From a virus (taxonomy: Duplodnaviria; Caudoviricetes), in the IMG/VR virus record IMGVR_UViG_3300026187_000075, positions 1-27,835 of that record: DNA of 27,835 bases. One strand, given 5' to 3'. Below the pieces are notes generated by a model. The model worked only from the letters and a program-made list of their open reading frames with translations, made no database searches and had not been told where the DNA came from. Shown here piece after piece: positions 25,939 through 27,835 of this stretch. Made by a program: the position numbers and the translations under genes. Each line of letters begins with the position of its first letter. The first letter of the stretch is position 1.

Positions 25939-27296
25939 AGTTTTATGTTCGCCGGTAAATCATTTAACTTCGTGAGTCTCAACGTTGCGTAGTGTTTCTG
26001 ATTTGCAAGGTTATGACGTATCGCTAACAAAAGGTAGTCACCTGATTTCTTTTTGTCGATCTGACTTTTCGTATCGGTTTTATTGGAAGATGTGTCTGGA
26101 TTCAGAAAGATTAATCTCAATCGTCGACCGACCGAAGTTCTACCTTCGAAGAAACCTATACCACTCATGGTGATATCAATTCGGTTCTTTTTGAGAATCT
26201 GACGAATGATTTTGTTCTTGACTTTGAGTTTGGATTCTGTTAAATTATTCTGCGCATCTAACATTGGAGTCTCATCGTGATAACTCTTGAACTGATTGTA
26301 CGTGTTAGAGGATGTGACTTGGTGAACGAACAACGAATTATATTCGTCCGATAATTTACCATCAATTTCCAAAGAAGGATCGAACACGGATTGTTCCGCA
26401 TCGTTTCCTATCATGCCTTTGAGATACATCTCGGTAAGTATTTCTCTCACCGAAACGTGTGACCCTTTGACTAATCCCGTACCTGCATCAATGGTGGCAT
26501 AATACGAACCAATGCCACCTTCTTCATATAATGCAAGTGCATTCTCGGCTTCGAGTTCTTGATAGTTGTTGATTTCGATGTACGGTCTCAATGTGTCATC
26601 TTCTGCACCCAGTGCAGCAAATGATTCGGAAAAACGAAAAGGAGCGTCTTCATTTATAATATCTTCTTTGAGAAGATTGTCAAGATCACAGATGTAAACA
26701 TTGTCACTGTATAGATCCGCATGTACGAAAATGGGTGAACCCGTTTCGGTGGTTGCTCTGTTAGTTAACCATGTGATTGCTTCGAGTGGACTCAAATAAG
26801 GAACAATAACTTTTCGAATACCCTGTGCGGTTTTCTTGAAAAATGATTTGATAACACTTACACCCAGATCACGATCGAAAATATTGACAATCATGTCTTC
26901 GATCGTCGACTGAAAAGAACGGTTGACCTGTTTGATGGCATTAATGTACACGTGTTCTTCGACCAATTCAATGGACAAAAGTTGCGCACGTTCATTCTGT
27001 CTTTGTGTATCCACAATGCGAGACACGAAAAAGTATTTGACAAAACACGGTTTTTCAGGTTCCTTTCCCGTACCAACGACCAGTCTTATTCTTTCTGTAC
27101 CCTGAACGGACAAAGAAGAACGAAACCCGAAGTCGTCAATCAATACCATACGACAGTCCACATATGGTTTGAAAAGATTTTCATAGAATGATAATTCCAG
27201 AATACTGTTGGATATGTCAATGATCGTCTTGTCCTCTTTTACCGAAGACAAGATGACATCAGCTTGCAGTATTGTGTATTCTGTTTTGGGTTCCAT
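25935..27296 (-). CDS. Baseplate hub protein, gp27-like (453 aa)
   Basis: Lies between gp53 and gp5. N-terminal ELSFYENLFKPYV...D...GTERI and C-terminal VGRRL...DKKKSGDYLLLAIRH are typical of cyanophage-type hub proteins. Confidence 0.7.
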   Translation of the reverse strand: MEPKTEYTILQADVILSSVKEDKTIIDISNSILELSFYENLFKPYVDCRMVLIDDFGFRSSLSVQGTERIRLVVGTGKEPEKPCFVKYFFVSRIVDTQRQNERAQLLSIELVEEHVYINAIKQVNRSFQSTIEDMIVNIFDRDLGVSVIKSFFKKTAQGIRKVIVPYLSPLEAITWLTNRATTETGSPIFVHADLYSDNVYICDLDNLLKEDIINEDAPFRFSESFAALGAEDDTLRPYIEINNYQELEAENALALYEEGGIGSYYATIDAGTGLVKGSHVSVREILTEMYLKGMIGNDAEQSVFDPSLEIDGKLSDEYNSLFVHQVTSSNTYNQFKSYHDETPMLDAQNNLTESKLKVKNKIIRQILKKNRIDITMSGIGFFEGRTSVGRRLRLIFLNPDTSSNKTDTKSQIDKKKSGDYLLLAIRHNLANQKHYATLRLTKLNDLPANIKL

Positions 27297-27835
27297 TAAC
27301 TACTCGCTATCAACTCTTTGATTCTACCAACGAATTGTTCGATATACGCCTTTTTGATAATTCGTATTCTTTTAGACTTTTCGTTTTCGTTTATCAGGTA
27401 CTCTAGGTTTGTGACTGGAACCTTGGTGGTGTCCGTAGAGAAAAAGAAATCAATCCATAGGTCCGAATCATTCACATAATGATGAACACCTTCGTATTCG
27501 TAAACAACGTTGGTAAGGGGCGTGTTACTTGTCAATGGGTTAGTGGTCGGAGTCGAGTAACTCATTGATATGTTTTGACGAATGTCCGAGTCCGCAGATA
27601 TTACAATCTCACCTACTTCTAGGTCTTTTGCAACAACAATACCTTCGATACCGTTGATTAACACAGATGCATTGACAGGATACAAGTCCGCATATTGTGC
27701 AACCTCACCCGCACTATCTACATCCAATTTAGCAACATAATATGGGTAATAATCTCCGACGACTCTTTCGTATAAATTGTTGAGTGACATGGGCCACCCA
27801 GTCTCTTTTAACAATGGATTCATCAAGAAAAAGGT
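27296..27835 (-). CDS. gp53: Baseplate wedge gp53 (5'-truncated)
   Basis: The frame stays open to the right edge (...TFFLMNP...GWPMS), so the track's start at 27826 is probably internal. C-terminal HHY...VTNLEYLINENEKSKRIRIIK..YIEQFV is characteristic. Confidence 0.82.
   Translation of the reverse strand, partial: TFFLMNPLLKETGWPMSLNNLYERVVGDYYPYYVAKLDVDSAGEVAQYADLYPVNASVLINGIEGIVVAKDLEVGEIVISADSDIRQNISMSYSTPTTNPLTSNTPLTNVVYEYEGVHHYVNDSDLWIDFFFSTDTTKVPVTNLEYLINENEKSKRIRIIKKAYIEQFVGRIKELIASS

Noticed and set aside
11801-27191. Short plus-strand and off-frame ORFs overlapping the baseplate genes (e.g. 24157-24675, 20710-21111)
   Set aside because: They lie antisense or off-frame to well-supported structural genes and show no recognisable motifs.

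Overview
Late (virion structural) region of a T4-like myovirus with a cyanophage/marine-type gene set. All real genes are on the minus strand. In transcription order (right to left): gp53 (5'-truncated), gp27-like hub, a gp5 locus split into modules (OB-fold + degenerate tail lysozyme; long helical protein + Zn amidase; beta-helix needle; possible M15-like protein), gp25, gp6, gp8, a 1787-aa DUF4815/VrlC-like structural protein and a 70-aa coiled-coil protein. Last comes a giant gene absent from the ORF track: ATG at 11482, open to the left edge, at least 3827 aa. Three exact T4 late-promoter motifs (TATAAATA) are present. The giant protein is mostly acidic [Y/F]xxx tetrapeptides whose register is mirror-symmetric about a small domain near 4590. 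Each 5-residue YxQEx unit on one arm faces an F[Q/E]GQY unit on the other, for about 54 consecutive pairs read by eye, including irregular spacings, type swaps and exact tandem duplications at mirror positions. I infer a single-chain, out-and-back antiparallel hairpin fibre with about 1450 residues per arm, a tip domain and a lateral ~340-aa domain. The symmetry is seen directly; the structure and function are inference.
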